Shown one piece after another: positions 61,801 to 64,000 of a stretch of 64,000 nucleotides of DNA (position 1 is its first letter; every line of letters begins with the position of its first letter). Made by a program: the position numbers and the translations under genes. Source of the stretch: Hormiphora californensis (taxonomy: Eukaryota > Animalia > Ctenophora); assembly GCA_020137815.1 (NCBI GenBank), contig CM035361.1:3658001-3722000 (forward strand), in the 5' to 3' direction. The notes under the pieces are model-generated. The model was not told where the DNA came from. It did no database searches and saw only the letters and a program-made list of their open reading frames with translations.

Positions 61801-64000
61801 TCGGGCCCCCGATAAAAAAAAAAAAAAATTAAAAAAAAAAGCCCGGGGGGGGGGAAAAAAAACAACCTTGGGGGGTGGGGAAAAACCCTCCTTTTTTTTC
61901 CCCCTTCCTTTTCTTTTCCCTTCCCTCCTCTCCTCTCCCCTCTCTTTTTTTCCCCTTTCAAGCTCTTTTTCCTTTTTTTCTCTTTTTTCTTTCCCATCAG
62001 ATTATCTTTCCTCAAGGCCCTTGTTTTTTTAATTCTTCTTTTCCCCGTGCCACCAGTCCCGGTGAAGGTTTGAGGAGGGGGGGGGGGTTTGAGGGCGTTA
62101 ACCCATTATCAATACCCATTATAAGTAAAATTCCCCAAAAAACTAAAAAAAAAAAAAAAATATTTTTTCTTGGGTTAATTGGGGCCAAAAACCCAGGTTA
62201 ACTTTCCCCCTTCTTTTTTCCTCGGATCCGCCCCCAAAATCCCCGGTAGGTTTAAAAGGGGGGAGTGGGTGTTCGAGGGGCCCTAAATTTAAACCAAAAC
62301 CCAAACCAAAAACAGTAAAGTCTCCTTAAAAAATCTCTCGGATCCCTCCCGATCTCTATTTTCCTGGTTTCTCGGGTCTTTTCTAAAACAAGGCTGTTAA
62401 AAGTGATTTGATAAGTGAAAAACGGGCATGTTTTTACGGGGTTTTGGGGTGCCAAAGTGGGGGTTTTTGTTACTTTACTTTACAAGTGGCGCGGTTTTCC
62501 GGTTTTACTTTCCCTTTTAAAATGGCGCGGTGCCGTGTTACCCCTTTTTTTTACAAGTGGCGTGGTTTCGTGTTTACTTTACTTTTCAAGGGGGGCGGTT
62601 TCCCGTGTTAACCTTTTCTTTACAGTGGGGCTTTTGCCGTGTTACTTTACTTTTTTAAAATGGGCGGTTTCCCCCATTACTTTACTTTTTCAAGTGGCGC
62701 GGGGCCGTGTACTTTAATTTAAAAAGGGGGCGCGGTTTGGGTGGGGTTTCTTTTTACTTTACAAGTGGGCCGCAGGGCCTGTTATTATTTCTTTAACAAG
62801 GGCGGGGCGAAGGGGGGATTCCCCCCATTTTAAAAGGGTAAAGGGGGGCCCCGGGGAAAGGGGCCCCGGGGGGGTGGGGGTTAAAATTTAACTTTACAAG
62901 GGGGGTTTAAACCTTAAGGGGGGGAGAAAGGGGGGGACCCCAAACCCAAAAAGCCCGGGGAACCTGGAGGGGTTTCCCTGTTCTTTTTTTTCTTTTTCCA
63001 AACCCCCTTTTTTCCCGGGGCCGGGGGTTATTTAATTACAAAGGGGGCAACGGGGCCTTTTTTACTTTTTTTAAAAGTGGGCGGGGGGTGCCGTGTTTCT
63101 TTAATTTTCAAAGTGGGGGTGCCCTGTTACTTTACTTTTCAAGTGGCGCGGTTGCCGTGTTTTAAATTTTCTTTACAAAATGGGCGGTGGGCCCAGTTAG
63201 CCCAAACTGTTTTATTTTGAGAAATTTGGGAAAAGGGGGCCCCTCCCCCCCACTAACCCCCCCACAATTGAAAAATTCCTTTATTTTTTAATTATTTTAT
63301 TTTTTGGGTTTTTTTTTAAATGGGTAAATCCCCCTTTTAAAAAAAGGGAATAATGGGGGAAAGGGTTTTCCTCAAGGGAAAGAAAAAAGGAAGGAAAAAG
63401 AAGGAAGGGGAAATCCGGGGGGTTTTTTGGGAAGGGACCTTAACAGACGGGGAAAATAATACTTTGGGGAAAAAGGGGAAAAGAAGGGGAAGGAGGGGGG
63501 AAAAAGGGGGAAAAAAATGAAAAGGATAATCAATGCCTTGAAGGGGGAAATATTAGGGAAAAGGTTTAGATTAAAGTACCCCTTTTTCCCCAAAGCCTTT
63601 TTGGGGAACAATTTTTGCTCCGATTTTTTGAAACCCAATTTTAAAAAAGACGGAAACAAAATAGCGGGAAAAAAGGGGAAAAACCCCCCAATTCCCCCAA
63701 AACAACAAGCCCCAGGATGCAAAAATTCCCCCCGCCCTGGGAATGAGGGCCGCGGGTAAAAAATTTTCCCATTTTTCCCCCCCAAACCAACCCCCCCTTT
63801 TCCCGGAAATAAAAAATTGCACCCCGGCCGGTGGGGAGGCATAAAGAAGATGAAAAGGAGAAGAGGGCCCCAAAAGGGGAAGTGCACCTCGAAAAGGAAA
63901 ACGAGAGGGGAAGGGAAAACCCCCCCGGGTAAGGGCAACCTGAGGGGAAAAACGGGCCCAAAAGGGGTTGGGAAAACCAAAAAGGGGGAAAAAAAAATTT
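52200..64000. other. Low-quality homopolymer-inflated sequence with a duplicate of the 48.5-54 kb region
   Basis: The right arm of the 50429 element decays into homopolymers; 56580-58420 mirrors 48505-50428 plus 52617-53050; 62250-63330 mirrors ~53255-54110. Confidence 0.85.
53488..53942. repeat. 32-bp minisatellite (tacaagtggcgcggtgccgtgttactttactt); noisy second copy at ~62450-63190
   Basis: Period 32 (53551, 53583). Confidence 0.85.

Noticed and set aside
52473-64000. Many K/G/P/F-rich ORFs, up to 303 aa
   Set aside because: Products of homopolymer-inflated, low-quality sequence; parts are recognisable noisy copies of upstream non-coding DNA

Overview
Intron-rich, transposon-dense animal genomic DNA. 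It is probably a ctenophore: the recurrent ~107-bp repeat translating as [19 protein letters not shown] matches my unverified recollection of Pleurobrachia gene models. Most six-frame ORFs are spurious, so I reconstructed genes by hand from GT-AG exons with matching phases. (1) A papain-family (C1A) protease with an unusual architecture: protease - RRKR - ShKT - ShKT - Sushi/CCP - kringle - ShK-like domain, with the catalytic Asn replaced by Asp (10449-18415, N-terminus probably from ~8587). This is the best candidate for an undescribed system. (2) Four tRNA-Leu(AAG) genes in two inverted pairs inside one intron of that gene. (3) A 3-domain gelsolin/severin-like gene (23898-27150). (4) An orphan 249-aa protein with an MGxxxS start and a hydrophobic C-terminus (37789-45327, minus). 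(5) A thioredoxin-fold protein with Pro/Thr repeats and a WCGPW active site (46799-48598). Weaker partial models include a frameshifted P4HA-N/TPR-like remnant. Introns carry many MITEs, long foldback elements, LINE 3' fragments and minisatellites, several of which are built from splice junctions. From ~52.2 kb the sequence is homopolymer-inflated and low quality; it includes a second copy of the 48.5-54 kb region that lacks two transposon insertions. All domain calls are by eye; no searches were run.
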